Position numbers and translations under genes: made by a program
Shown here: positions 19,119-29,423 of the stretch, piece after piece
Numbering within the stretch: position 1 is the first letter of the stretch
How the letters are laid out: the number at the start of each line of letters is the position of its first letter
NCBI GenBank assembly: GCA_965228895.1
Contig: OZ245842.1
Coordinates: forward strand, 1,536,001 to 1,600,000
DNA: 64,000 nucleotides
DNA from: Alphaproteobacteria bacterium
GTDB taxonomy: Bacteria > Pseudomonadota > Alphaproteobacteria > SP197
Direction of reading: 5' to 3'
The notes under the pieces: generated by a model
Told to the model about the DNA's origin: nothing
The model's database searches: none
What the model saw: the letters and a program-made list of their open reading frames with translations, nothing else

Positions 19119-20822
19119 TTATTCGAAAGCCCAGCCGCGTGTCAGGTTGGGATCGTCCAACGTTTCGATGGCGGTACCGCCGGCCGGATCGGACGGTTGA
19201 CCGTCGGCATCCAGTGACTGGATTGACGGCGCCATCGTGAACATGGCGGGATCGCCGCTGGTTCCATTCGTTTCGCCAGTCGGATTGAGTGTCATCACAT
19301 ACTCATCCGCGGACCAGGCAAAGGGTTCACTGCTGGCAGTGATCTGAACCGATGTTACGCCGACCATCGGCGCGGACTCAGCACGGCTCATGGTGATGTC
19401 CGTCGCTTCGCCGAGCGGCTCGATCACCAGATCGATGGTCTGCTGATCGGACGAGGTCGCAAGTTCAATGTCGCCGCCGTCATAGACACCGATCGACGAC
19501 GTATCCTCAAGGCCGGGAACTAGACGCTCGGGCGTTAGTCGGCCCATCGCCTCCAGCAGGCGGAAAATGCTGAGGTAACCGTCATACTGGGCGCCGACGA
19601 GATTGATCTGGGCGTTGAAAACATCGTTTTCGGCATCCAGCACGTTCAAGACCGTCTCTTGACCGGCTTCGCGCAGGCGACGGCGGGAGTCATGAACCTC
19701 GATCGCAATGTTGACGGCGTTTTCCAGCAGCTCGACACGTTGGCGTGAGGTCAGAAGAACTTCCCAGGCAAGCTCGACATCCTCGACCACCTGCCGATTG
19801 GTCGCCGCACGCTCGTGAATCGCCGCGACGTGCTCATAAGCCGACTGCGCGACATTGGCCTGGTTGGCAAAGCCGGCAAACAACTGCCAGTTCGCCTCAA
19901 CCAGGATCGCCGCGTCACGTCTAACGCCTTCGATTCCGTCGACATCGTCTTCGACGTTCAGGCGGCCGACCAGATCGACACGCGGCCAATAGGCCGATCG
20001 CGCCTGATCCCGTGTCTCATCGGCCAGCAGGACCAAGGCCTGACTGCTTGCCGTTTGAGGATTCTCTGCCAGGCCGATAGCAATGGCATCGTTCAGGCTG
20101 GGCGGCAACTCGTCTTCAGGAATGCGCGGCAGTTCCATGCTCGCAATATCCGGCGGGTGGCCGAACAGGCGATTGTAGCGCGCTATGGCCTGTTGCAGCG
20201 TACCTTCGAAGGCGACACGGCGCTCCTCGGCAAGCTGGAGGCGTGTCTTCGCTTGTAGGACGTCCAACGCCAAACCGGAGCCACGCTCGACGCGCTCGTT
20301 TTCCAGGTTCAGCTGGGTCGCGATGGTATCGACATTGCGGTCGGACAGATCGATCAGGGCAAGCGCGCGCAGCACGTCAAGATAGGCCGCGACACCTTCC
20401 AGGATCAGACGCTGGGTATCATCCTCAAGCGTGAACTCGCTGAGGTCGCGGGTAATCTGGGCGGCGTCATAGGTCGCGTTGGTGTTGTAACCGTCGAAGA
20501 TGTTCTGGCGCAGCGTTGCGGTAGCACGCGCACGTGACAGTTCCAGCGGATCACCGGGATCGGTAATGCGCGATTGCGGGCTGTCGGTCGACTCGTAGCC
20601 ATAATCGGCGGAGACGTCGATGGTCGGCAGGTAGCCGGCAAATGCTTCGTTGATGCCTTCTTCGGCCGCCTCGACCTGATTGCGCAGACTCTTTAGCGTG
20701 GGGTTGTCACGCAGCAGGAACGCAATTTCTTCCTCCAGGCTTTCTGCCTGGACCGAAGTCGCTTGCGCGGCCAGAACCGCAAACACCGCTATTGGTGAGA
20801 TAAAACGCGAACGCCCGTTCAT
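19119..20822 (-). CDS. TolC-family type I secretion outer-membrane protein with acidic C-terminal extension
   Basis: Signal peptide (VQA|ES), GYLPTID, RQNIFDG, VLDAENDVFNA. Confidence 0.85.
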   Translation of the reverse strand: MNGRSRFISPIAVFAVLAAQATSVQAESLEEEIAFLLRDNPTLKSLRNQVEAAEEGINEAFAGYLPTIDVSADYGYESTDSPQSRITDPGDPLELSRARATATLRQNIFDGYNTNATYDAAQITRDLSEFTLEDDTQRLILEGVAAYLDVLRALALIDLSDRNVDTIATQLNLENERVERGSGLALDVLQAKTRLQLAEERRVAFEGTLQQAIARYNRLFGHPPDIASMELPRIPEDELPPSLNDAIAIGLAENPQTASSQALVLLADETRDQARSAYWPRVDLVGRLNVEDDVDGIEGVRRDAAILVEANWQLFAGFANQANVAQSAYEHVAAIHERAATNRQVVEDVELAWEVLLTSRQRVELLENAVNIAIEVHDSRRRLREAGQETVLNVLDAENDVFNAQINLVGAQYDGYLSIFRLLEAMGRLTPERLVPGLEDTSSIGVYDGGDIELATSSDQQTIDLVIEPLGEATDITMSRAESAPMVGVTSVQITASSEPFAWSADEYVMTLNPTGETNGTSGDPAMFTMAPSIQSLDADGQPSDPAGGTAIETLDDPNLTRGWAFE

Positions 20823-21029
20823 TCTTCCCCCTGGCCACACATAAGGCCACGACGACCCGACACCTGGGTGCCCCAGCCAATGCCAGACCACATAAGCTGC
20901 GGCAATATACCACACGAAGCGGTGAGATCAACGCAACGATCCAGCGCAAGTCGTTGACAAGATTATGAGAATCCTATCGGCAGACTCTCAAGATAGGGGA
21001 TAAGAACAGCAATTCTGGAACCGGCCCGA

Positions 21030-22688
21030 TCAAAGCGTGACCTGAAGGGCACCCAGGCGTTCGGTCAACTTGACGTTCTCGCCGTAATCCACGGGAACGG
21101 CAATCAACGCGGGACCGTCTTGGGAAAAGGCCTCGTCGAGCGCCCCGGGAAGTTGTTCTGCGCCGCCGATGGTGCGGCCCCATGCCCCGAAGGAACGGGC
21201 TAGAAGTTCGAAATCCGGGTTGTCGAACGTCAAATTGGAATGGCGCCCGTTGTAGTGATCCTGCTGCTTCCACTTGATCAGACCATACTCGCCGTCCAGC
21301 CAGATCAGCGACACGATGTTCAGCTTGCGGCGCACGGCGGTTTCCAGGTCCTGAATGTTCATCAGAAACCCCGCATCGCCGCAGATCGCCAAGACCCGCT
21401 TGTCGGGATAGGCAATCTTCGCGCCCATGGCGCCGGGAAAGGCAAACCCCATCGAACAGAAGCCGTTGGAGATCAGGCAGGTGTTCGGTTCGTCGCACTG
21501 GTAATAGCGGGCGATCCACATTTTGTGTGCGCCGACATCCGACAGCACGATGTCCTCTGGCCCCATGAAGTTTCTGACGTCGCATAAAATGCGCTGAGGC
21601 TTCACCGGGAACTGGTCGTCGTCGCACTCGCTCCAAAGGTCGGCCGTGATGCGGTCGCGCAGGGGTGCCCGTTCCGCGATGTCGAACAACGGCAAATCGC
21701 CTTCGAAGCGGGCGTTTAGCTCTTCGTTGATCTGCCATAGCGCGTCGGCAATGTCGGAAACGATCTCGACATCGACCGGATAATCCTCGTCGATTTCCGC
21801 CGGCAGGAAGTCGATATGGACGAGGGTCTTGCCGCCCTTCTTATTCCAATGGGTCGGCGCGTACTCGACGAGGTCGTAGCCAACGGCGATGACCAGGTCG
21901 GCCTTGTCCAGTTCCGCGTTGATGTGGTCGCGCTGCTGCAGGCCAATGGTAAAGAGACAATGCGGGTCGTTGCGGGGCACGGCACCCTTGCCCATGAACG
22001 TGTTGACGACGCCAATGCCGGCTTTGCTCGCCAGCCGGCGAAGCTGTTTGGCGGCGCGTTTTCGCAGCGCACCGTTGCCCGACAGGATGATCGGATTCTT
22101 GGCAACGGCAATGGCATCGACCGCGGCCCGCACGGCCTTGTAGTCGGCCGCCGCGCGCCTGGTCTTGCGCGGCATAATCGGTTCTTTCGCGACATCGTGT
22201 TTCGCGATGTCCTCCGGCAGTTCGAGTACGCTGACCCCCGGCTTTTCCTGCTCGGCCGTTTTGAATGCCTTGCGTACGGTCTCAGGAATCGTATCGGCGC
22301 CGGTGATGCTGTGGGCCCATTTGCTGATCGGCTTCAGCATGCCAATCGCATCCATGTTCTGATGGCTTTCCTTGTGCAGCCTGCTGGTGCTCGCCTGACC
22401 GATGATGGCGACCACAGGCGAACGGTCCATGTTGGCATCGGCCAGGCCGGTCACAAGATTGGTCGCGCCTGGCCCGAGCGTCGCCAGACACACGCCGGGC
22501 TTGCCGGTCAACCGGCCATAGGTATCGGCCATAAAGGCGGCGGCCTGCTCGTGACGGCACAGCACAAAGTCGATGGAACTATCCATCAACGAGATCATGA
22601 GGTCGGCGTTTTCCTCACCCGGCAGGCCGAAGATACGCTCGACGCCTTCCGCCTCCAGGCAGCGGACAAACAGATCAGATGCTTTCAT
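21030..22688 (-). CDS. Acetolactate synthase large subunit-like ThDP enzyme
   Basis: FGLPGEEN, RHEQAAAFMA, TLGPGATN, GDAGF ThDP motif. Confidence 0.88.
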   Translation of the reverse strand: MKASDLFVRCLEAEGVERIFGLPGEENADLMISLMDSSIDFVLCRHEQAAAFMADTYGRLTGKPGVCLATLGPGATNLVTGLADANMDRSPVVAIIGQASTSRLHKESHQNMDAIGMLKPISKWAHSITGADTIPETVRKAFKTAEQEKPGVSVLELPEDIAKHDVAKEPIMPRKTRRAAADYKAVRAAVDAIAVAKNPIILSGNGALRKRAAKQLRRLASKAGIGVVNTFMGKGAVPRNDPHCLFTIGLQQRDHINAELDKADLVIAVGYDLVEYAPTHWNKKGGKTLVHIDFLPAEIDEDYPVDVEIVSDIADALWQINEELNARFEGDLPLFDIAERAPLRDRITADLWSECDDDQFPVKPQRILCDVRNFMGPEDIVLSDVGAHKMWIARYYQCDEPNTCLISNGFCSMGFAFPGAMGAKIAYPDKRVLAICGDAGFLMNIQDLETAVRRKLNIVSLIWLDGEYGLIKWKQQDHYNGRHSNLTFDNPDFELLARSFGAWGRTIGGAEQLPGALDEAFSQDGPALIAVPVDYGENVKLTERLGALQVTL

Positions 22689-22835
22689 GACGACCCCAAA
22701 ACGGCGTGATGGCTTACTGCCCTCGACAGACAGCCGGATACGATCCCATCGACTAGGTTGGATCGCGAGGGTTCACCGTCAACCACCGTCAGGACACGCT
22801 TACTTGAAGAGATCTGCCGGCCGACGACCTGGCGA

Positions 22836-24005
22836 TTAGTAGGAGCGGGGCAGGTCGAGCACGTGTTCGGCGAGGTAGGAGAGGATGAGATTGGTCGAGA
22901 TCGGCGCGACGCGGTAGAGCCGGGTCTCCCGGAACTTGCGCTCGATGTCGAATTCCTCGGCGAAGCCGAACCCGCCATGGGTCTGGACACACATGTCGGC
23001 GGCCTGCCACGAGGCGTCGGCCGATAGCAGTTTCGCCATGTTGGCCTCAGGCCCGCAGGGCTGCTCGTGGTCATAGAGGCTGGCGGCCTTGGTGACCATC
23101 AGGTTGGCTGCCTCGGTACGCGCAAAGGCTTCGGCAATCGGGAACTGAATGCCTTGGTTTTGGCCGATCGGCCGATCGAACACCCGGCGTTCGCCGGCAT
23201 AGGCCGTCGCCCGGTCGATGAACCAGCGGGCATCGCCGATACACTCGGCGGCAATCAGGATCCGTTCCGCGTTCATGCCCGAAAGGATGTAGCGGAAACC
23301 CATTCCCTCTTCGCCGATCAACGCGTCCGCCGGTACCTCGAGGTCATCGAAAAAGATCTCCGTTGTCGCGTGGTTCATCATGGTACGGATCGGGCGGATG
23401 GTGACGCCCTTGCCGATGGTTTCGCGCAGGTCGACCAGGAATACCGAGAGACCTTCGGTACGCTTGGCGACCTCCTCGCGCGCTGTCGTACGCGCCAACA
23501 GCACCATGAGATCGGAGTGCTCGGCGCGCGACGTCCAGATCTTCTGGCCGTTGATGATGTAGCGGTCACCGTCGCGTCGTGCGGTGGTCTTCAGCGATGT
23601 CGTATCGGTGCCGCTGCCGGGTTCGGTGACACCGAACGCCTGAAGCCGCAGCTTGCCGGCGGCGATCTCAGGCAGGTAGCGCGCCTTCTGCGCATCCGAC
23701 CCATGCCGCAGCACCGTGCCCATGGTGTACATCTGCGCATGGCACGCCGCGCCGTTGCCGCCGGAATGATGGATCTCGCTCAAGATAGCGACCGCAGCAG
23801 AGAGTGGCAGGCCGCTGCCGCCATAGCTTTCGGGGATCAGGCTGGCAAGATAGCCGGCCTCGGTCAGCGCGGCTACGAACTCGCCGGGATAGGCCCGTGC
23901 GCTGTCTTTCTCGCGCCAATAGGCATCAGGGAACCGCTGGCACAAGGCGCGGACGCCGTCGCGGATCTCCTGCCAATCGTGATCCTGCGGTACGGCGTCC
24001 GGCAT
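22836..24005 (-). CDS. Acyl-CoA dehydrogenase
   Basis: FGVTEPGSGTD, NGQKIW, LIGEEG, GGFGFAEEFDIERKFRE. Confidence 0.9.
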   Translation of the reverse strand: MPDAVPQDHDWQEIRDGVRALCQRFPDAYWREKDSARAYPGEFVAALTEAGYLASLIPESYGGSGLPLSAAVAILSEIHHSGGNGAACHAQMYTMGTVLRHGSDAQKARYLPEIAAGKLRLQAFGVTEPGSGTDTTSLKTTARRDGDRYIINGQKIWTSRAEHSDLMVLLARTTAREEVAKRTEGLSVFLVDLRETIGKGVTIRPIRTMMNHATTEIFFDDLEVPADALIGEEGMGFRYILSGMNAERILIAAECIGDARWFIDRATAYAGERRVFDRPIGQNQGIQFPIAEAFARTEAANLMVTKAASLYDHEQPCGPEANMAKLLSADASWQAADMCVQTHGGFGFAEEFDIERKFRETRLYRVAPISTNLILSYLAEHVLDLPRSY

Positions 24006-24022
24006 GTCGTCGGTCCGATGCC

Positions 24023-25258
24023 CTACGCGGACTTGCCCTGGCCGGGCTCGGTCGCGTTCACCAGGCAGGCCATGTTGCCATAGGGGTGTTTGTTGTCGCG
24101 CATCAGCTGGTGTGCCTTGCCGATTTCGTCGAACGTGTAGGTCGACGACAGACACGGATCGATCTTGCGGTCGATAACCAGCTGGTTGACCGCAGCGGCC
24201 TGCTCATCGTTCGACAGATGGCTGCCCTGCAGTCGCTTCTGACGCATCCAGTGGTAGCGCAGGTCCATGGTGATGTTGTAGCCGGTGGTGCCGGCGCAGA
24301 TCACGATCATGCCGCCGGTCGCGGCGACAAAACCGCTGGTCGGCAGGGTCGCTTCGCCGGGATGCTCAAAGACGATGCGCGGGCTGACCCGCTCGCCGCA
24401 GGCCTCCCAGATCGCCTTGCCGAACGCGCGCGCGCCCTTGGCCCAGGCGCCGTACTCCTTGCTCTCCGTGTTCGGCATCAGGCCCCAGTGGTCGAAGTCG
24501 TTACGGTTGATGACGCCGACCGCGCCGTGATCCAGGCAGAACTGGCGCTTGTCTTCGTCGGATATCACGGCGACGGCGCGTCCGCCTTCGGCCGCGGTGA
24601 TCTGTAGCGCCATGCTGCCCAGGCCGCCGGCCGCGCCCCAGACCAGGACCACGTCGTCCTTTTCGATGACGTTGGGGTGCCAGCCCATCAGCATGCGGTA
24701 GGCCGTCGAGGCACACAGCAGGTAGCAGCCCGCTTCCTCCCAGGAGAGGTGCTTCGGCTTAATCTGCAACTGATGCGCCTGGGCCTTGGCGAACTGGCAA
24801 TAACTGCCGTAGTTCGTCTGGTAGCCCCAGATTCGCGTGGATTCGGCCAGCATGGGATCGCGGCCGCTGAGGACCCAGGGATCGTCCGCCGGCCACCAGC
24901 CGGAATGTACGACGACCTCGTCGCCCGGTTTGACGTTGGTGACCTCGCTGCCGACCTTCCAGACGATGCCCGAGCAGTCGGACCCGCCGGCGTGAAAGTC
25001 TTCGGGTTCGCCCTGTTTTTGACGCACCGCGATAACGTCGACCGGATAGCCCAGCGCCGCCCAGACGTTGTTGTAGTTGATGCCGGTCGCCATGGTGTAG
25101 ACCAACACCTCATCCGGCTTGATCTCTGGCACATCGATGATTTCGCGCTGCCAGGCGCTCTCGGGCTCGCCAAAACGGTCCTGACGGACCAAGAAGGCAT
25201 GCATTTTTTCCGGGACTTCGCCAAGCGGCGGCCGTTCGCCAAGCGCGCAAATTTCCAT
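24023..25258 (-). CDS. ccr: Crotonyl-CoA carboxylase/reductase-family enzyme (variant)
   Basis: [40 protein letters not shown]. Confidence 0.82.
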   Translation of the reverse strand: MEICALGERPPLGEVPEKMHAFLVRQDRFGEPESAWQREIIDVPEIKPDEVLVYTMATGINYNNVWAALGYPVDVIAVRQKQGEPEDFHAGGSDCSGIVWKVGSEVTNVKPGDEVVVHSGWWPADDPWVLSGRDPMLAESTRIWGYQTNYGSYCQFAKAQAHQLQIKPKHLSWEEAGCYLLCASTAYRMLMGWHPNVIEKDDVVLVWGAAGGLGSMALQITAAEGGRAVAVISDEDKRQFCLDHGAVGVINRNDFDHWGLMPNTESKEYGAWAKGARAFGKAIWEACGERVSPRIVFEHPGEATLPTSGFVAATGGMIVICAGTTGYNITMDLRYHWMRQKRLQGSHLSNDEQAAAVNQLVIDRKIDPCLSSTYTFDEIGKAHQLMRDNKHPYGNMACLVNATEPGQGKSA

Positions 25259-25332
25259 GTCAGATTCCCTGATCCTCGACTGTGTTGCAGTGCACAATGA
25301 TGGCCCTATCTCGCCCGGCTGGGCGCGATCCG

Positions 25333-27123
25333 TCAAGGCGATTTCGGCGCGTAAGCTCTCGCCAGGGCGGTGAGCAGGGGTATCGCATCGTCTATATCGC
25401 GACAGACCTGGGCGCCGGCGGCCTCCAGCTCAGCGGCCACATCGACCGGCAGGCTGGTGTTGGAGCCCGACGGAATCTGGTTGAGGCGGCCGCCGACCAG
25501 CACCGGCACGTCCACGCCGAGCTCCGCCAATTCGCCGACCAACGATTCGACAAATCCAAGGGCGACGCCGTTATAGGTGCTGATGCACACGAGATCGGCA
25601 CCGCTAGACGCGGCCATTTCGGCGAGATCGTCCGGGTCGACGGATATGCCGCCGTCCTCCACCGTGACCGCCAGACCCTGCATGACCGTATCCAGCACGG
25701 ACTTGCCGTGCTCGTGCACATCGGTGGTTGCGGTGAGCACCGTCAGCTTAGCAGCGGCGATCGTGGCGCGCTGGCTATCGTCGATACGGGCCAATCGGCT
25801 TTCGGCCATGCGGGCAATCTCCTTATGGACGGGTGAGGCGACTCGGGGACGGAAACCCGCCGGCGCGTCGGAGTCCGGCTCACCATCGCCGAACAAGCGC
25901 TCCAGCCGCCTGGCACCGAGCCGGCGCAACACCAGCAGCATCTCCAACACATCGCCGGTGTCGATGCCGGCTTCGGTCAGGCCGGCGAGCGTGCGATCGC
26001 GGAAGGCGACCGCGCCGGTGCATAGCTGTTCGGTGTCGGCCTCTACCGCTGCTAGATCGACGGGCGGCAGCCGGTCTGCGGTCAGGTCGATCAATCGGTC
26101 GGCGAACAACTGGGCATCGACGATCTCGTCGATATCGGGAATACGCTCGTGTTCGGAAACCGGGACCGGGTTGATCGCATGGCCGGATGGGCGCATGCGC
26201 TGGCCGGCGATGTCGATCTCCAGATAGGCGGCCAGACTGGCATAGTTGGCGGCCGGGCTGCCGCGATAGCTCGTTGTGTTGCCGTAAACCATGGTGCCGG
26301 GACCGTCGCTCATCTCGGCAAGAGCCAACAGGAAGGCAAGCCGCCCGCCCCCTTCGCCGAAGTGATGGCCATAACAGTGGGCCATTCGGGCGCCAACCAG
26401 GGCATCGACGATATGACGCTCCAACAGCGCAAAGCCGAGAGCTGAGGTGAGGTCCGAAAACGATGCGGCAAAGCCGTCATCAAGGTTGGAGTGGACGAGG
26501 ACCGGCACCGGTTGCGCCGCCATCAAGCCGAGCGCGCGGATCGTCGACGCCGCGGACGTAACATCGTCGTCCCAGTTTGGCAGACGGAAGGTGAACCACT
26601 GACCCAGATTGCCGATCGCGGTCGAGCCTGCGGCAAGTGCCCACTTCGTGTTGTCGAAAGCGCCCGGAAAGCCCAGCACGAAGTCGCCAAAGTGTGGCGC
26701 GACCGGCGCCATCTGGGTCAATGCCGCGAAGGACTCTGGCCCGTCCAGCATGACGCCTGTGCCGCGCGGTCCTTTGCGCCGAAGGTCAAGGGGATAGCCC
26801 ATGGCCCAATCCAGGCACAGGCCGTAGCGGTCGACGGTGACTCCCTGTTCGCCGCAGAGGTCATAGACATCGTGATAGGCGCGACGGTTCTTGTCGGGGT
26901 CGCGAAAGCCGATCTGGGCGTGGCGCATGATGCGTCCGTCGGCGATAGCCGCCGACTTGTAGTCGGCCTCCGAATTGACGTCATGCTCGATAAGAAAAGG
27001 GCAAGACCCGACAGTCCAGTCTCTGGCTGCGGCCGCGCCTTCGTCCAGCGAATCCGCGCCCGACGGCAGATCCAATTCGGGCAACAGCCTCTTGCGGTTG
27101 AGCGGCTCGCGGGTCTCTGTCAT
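25333..27123 (-). CDS. Cobalamin-dependent mutase, 2-methyleneglutarate-mutase-like
   Basis: C-terminal B12 domain (TDVHEHGK = DxHxxG, ISTYNG, VGG); N-terminal [20 protein letters not shown] motifs recalled from Eubacterium barkeri Mgm. Confidence 0.75.
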   Translation of the reverse strand: MTETREPLNRKRLLPELDLPSGADSLDEGAAAARDWTVGSCPFLIEHDVNSEADYKSAAIADGRIMRHAQIGFRDPDKNRRAYHDVYDLCGEQGVTVDRYGLCLDWAMGYPLDLRRKGPRGTGVMLDGPESFAALTQMAPVAPHFGDFVLGFPGAFDNTKWALAAGSTAIGNLGQWFTFRLPNWDDDVTSAASTIRALGLMAAQPVPVLVHSNLDDGFAASFSDLTSALGFALLERHIVDALVGARMAHCYGHHFGEGGGRLAFLLALAEMSDGPGTMVYGNTTSYRGSPAANYASLAAYLEIDIAGQRMRPSGHAINPVPVSEHERIPDIDEIVDAQLFADRLIDLTADRLPPVDLAAVEADTEQLCTGAVAFRDRTLAGLTEAGIDTGDVLEMLLVLRRLGARRLERLFGDGEPDSDAPAGFRPRVASPVHKEIARMAESRLARIDDSQRATIAAAKLTVLTATTDVHEHGKSVLDTVMQGLAVTVEDGGISVDPDDLAEMAASSGADLVCISTYNGVALGFVESLVGELAELGVDVPVLVGGRLNQIPSGSNTSLPVDVAAELEAAGAQVCRDIDDAIPLLTALARAYAPKSP

Positions 27124-27179
27124 GACGCAGCCATACTAGCGCCATGGGCAACGCCCTGGCGATCAGGTAAACTGAGACC

Positions 27180-27713
27180 ATGTTCCGCGACCGCACGTTA
27201 ATGCCCGCCGAGGCTCTTCGCCTGGCTGCGCTCGGTATTCTGGGCGAACACGGCCACATGAGCTATGCGGCGCTTGCCACCGAGGTGCGGCTGTTCACGG
27301 CGAGTTTCGGTGGGTCGCCGGTTGATGTCATGTCGTCATCGATTGAGCTGTTGCGTTTCGAGGGGCTGATCGCGGTCAAGGACGAGGCCGATGATCCCGG
27401 CGACGTCGTGGTCGAACTGACCGACGGCGGTCGCGCGATGATCGGTGAACTGCTCCAGGCCACGATCAGGCCGGGAAACGCCTATTCGAAGCTGCTGACC
27501 GCGCTCAAAATGCGTTTCCTGCACATGCTGCCGCCCGATCAACAGGCCGAGCAGATCGAGATGCTGACCGAAGCGCGCCGCGCCGAATTGGCGCGTCTGG
27601 TCGACCTGCGCGGCAAACTGGCCGACGGCCATCCCGGTTTCCTCACCTGGCTCGACCACGAAATCGGCCGCATCGAAACCGACCTTTCCTGGCTCAGCGG
27701 TCTGAGCAGTTAG
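27180..27713 (+). CDS. PadR-like winged-helix transcriptional regulator
   Basis: LAALGILGE, wing motif ELTDGGRA, helical C-terminus; divergent from the mutase gene. Confidence 0.6.
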   Translation: MFRDRTLMPAEALRLAALGILGEHGHMSYAALATEVRLFTASFGGSPVDVMSSSIELLRFEGLIAVKDEADDPGDVVVELTDGGRAMIGELLQATIRPGNAYSKLLTALKMRFLHMLPPDQQAEQIEMLTEARRAELARLVDLRGKLADGHPGFLTWLDHEIGRIETDLSWLSGLSS

Positions 27714-27851
27714 GCTGCCGGCGACGTCGCGCATTCGGCTCTGATTGTGACATGACGCAGTTGGTGATATGTGTCCGCAAAACTTGGCGTGGACATCGTG
27801 GGTATCATTGACGTTGGCGCCGGATCGAGGCGGCAATCGGGTGCGCAGGTC

Positions 27852-28001
27852 ATGTCGTTTATTGTCGAGCTGTTTCAGTTCATGCGGGCGCGTAAGAAGC
27901 TCTGGATGGCGCCACTGCTGATCGTGATGCTGCTGTTGGGCGGCCTTATCGTCCTGACCAAGGGCAGCGCTATCGCGCCTTTCATCTACACCATTTTCTA
28001 A
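27852..28001 (+). CDS. DUF5989/SxtK-like small membrane protein
   Basis: ELFQFMRARKKLWMAP...SAIAPFIYTIF signature. Confidence 0.8.
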   Translation: MSFIVELFQFMRARKKLWMAPLLIVMLLLGGLIVLTKGSAIAPFIYTIF

Positions 28002-28013
28002 GACCCAAGGGTC

Positions 28014-29138
28014 TCAGTTTTCGGCAAAGACGCGGGCGAACGTGGCGCTTTCCCGGATCGCGTCGGCCAGAATGCTGTGGCCGGTGGCGTTCCAGTGGTT
28101 GTTGAACGGAAACTCGAACCGCTCGCCGGTCTCGTCATGGTGGGCAATGAAGAGCGGCTGCAGGTTGATGACCTCGAAACCCTGGCTTGCCGCCTGGGTC
28201 CACAGGAAGGTCATCATCTGCGCGGCAAAACTGTCCTGTGCGGCGGCCAGCCGTTCGGGGTCGTAGAGTTCCGGGCGCAGACCGTCGAGCGTGATAAGGA
28301 TCTGCTCGGGCCTCAACCCGCTCTCGATCGGCAACAGCTTTAGGAACTGATCGACGGCCAGGTAGGACCGCGCCAGCCGTTCCTCGCTCGCTTCGGCCGC
28401 CGTGTTGCCGGCGTAGAGCGCGTCGTCCTCATCCGTCGCGGTCGTGCGTTGCGCCAGCATTTGGGGCAAAGCGCCGACTTGGAGATTTCGGTAGAGGTAG
28501 GCGACCAGCGCCGATTGACGCAGGGCTTGGCGCACCAGACTCTCGGTGGGGCGCGGCGTCGGTGTCAGGACCAGCGCGCCGTCGCCGTCCTCGGTGAAGA
28601 ACGTCATGCCCCGCTGGCCTGGTTGCAGGTCGTCGGGCATCAGGCTTTCGTCGAAGTCGTTGCCGACGACGTTCACCACCAGCATGTCCGGTCCAAAGGT
28701 CTGGCCGACATAGCGCGACCATACGAGATACTGGCTAAGCGGCGCGTAGGCGGCGCCGAAACCGTAGACACGCATGTCGTCGCCCAACGCCGCTGATAGC
28801 CGGCCCTGGGCCGTTTCGGACCAATCGACCTGTATAGCTTCAATATAGCTGTCGCCGATGATCGCCAGCAGCGGCAGTGGACTATCGGCCTCGTAGTCAA
28901 TGTCGCTTAGGAAGCCGACGTTGTTGACGTGGCGCTGACGGGCGTTCTTGAAATCCCAGTCTTGGGAGTACGAGAAATCACGGTCGGGGACGAAGCGGTA
29001 GACACTGCCGTCCTCGTTCATCGGCGCGACCACGAGGCCCTCGTTATAGGGCATGAAGCGCAAGACGATTTCAGCCAAAACCAGCGGTACCGCGAAACCG
29101 ATGGCGATGGTGATCAAGGTGAGGGCGAGTTTACGCAC
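28014..29138 (-). CDS. Membrane-anchored SGNH/GDSL hydrolase-like protein
   Basis: N-terminal TM, GDSY block I, GND, NNHWNATGH block V. Confidence 0.75.
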   Translation of the reverse strand: MRKLALTLITIAIGFAVPLVLAEIVLRFMPYNEGLVVAPMNEDGSVYRFVPDRDFSYSQDWDFKNARQRHVNNVGFLSDIDYEADSPLPLLAIIGDSYIEAIQVDWSETAQGRLSAALGDDMRVYGFGAAYAPLSQYLVWSRYVGQTFGPDMLVVNVVGNDFDESLMPDDLQPGQRGMTFFTEDGDGALVLTPTPRPTESLVRQALRQSALVAYLYRNLQVGALPQMLAQRTTATDEDDALYAGNTAAEASEERLARSYLAVDQFLKLLPIESGLRPEQILITLDGLRPELYDPERLAAAQDSFAAQMMTFLWTQAASQGFEVINLQPLFIAHHDETGERFEFPFNNHWNATGHSILADAIRESATFARVFAEN

Positions 29139-29159
29139 GGACGCTGTTCCGGTTGAACG

Positions 29160-29423
29160 TCAGGCCGGCGGTTCAGCCAAAAGGTTGCGCGCGCGGTCCA
29201 GATCGACGGACGACATGGTGGCGGCGACGGCGTCGCGCTCCTGGCTGGCCTTGGTCGCTTGTTGATGGGCTGCGCGCGAGAGCCAGACATAGGCGCTGAC
29301 CGGATCGGCCTCGACGATCTCGCCCCGGGCATAGAGCCGCCCCAGCCTGAGTTGCGCGCTCGCATCGCCGTTCATGGCCTTCTGCCGGGTCGTCGTCAGC
29401 ACCATCATTTGCTTCTTGTTCAC
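29160..29423 (-). CDS. Small SEL1-repeat protein
   Basis: GDASAQLRLGRLYARG...AYVWLSRAA; start uncertain (GTG 29423 or ATG 29408). Confidence 0.65.
   Translation of the reverse strand: MNKKQMMVLTTTRQKAMNGDASAQLRLGRLYARGEIVEADPVSAYVWLSRAAHQQATKASQERDAVAATMSSVDLDRARNLLAEPPA

Noticed and set aside
24006-24155. N-terminal extension of the acyl-CoA dehydrogenase ORF in the track
   Set aside because: It overlaps the ccr 3' end; ATG at 24005 gives a normal-length enzyme
25333-27123. Calling this gene ecm/meaA because it is next to ccr
   Set aside because: It lacks the methylmalonyl-CoA-mutase-family motifs I would expect (such as RTYAGH and GLSVAFD); only the B12 domain is shared
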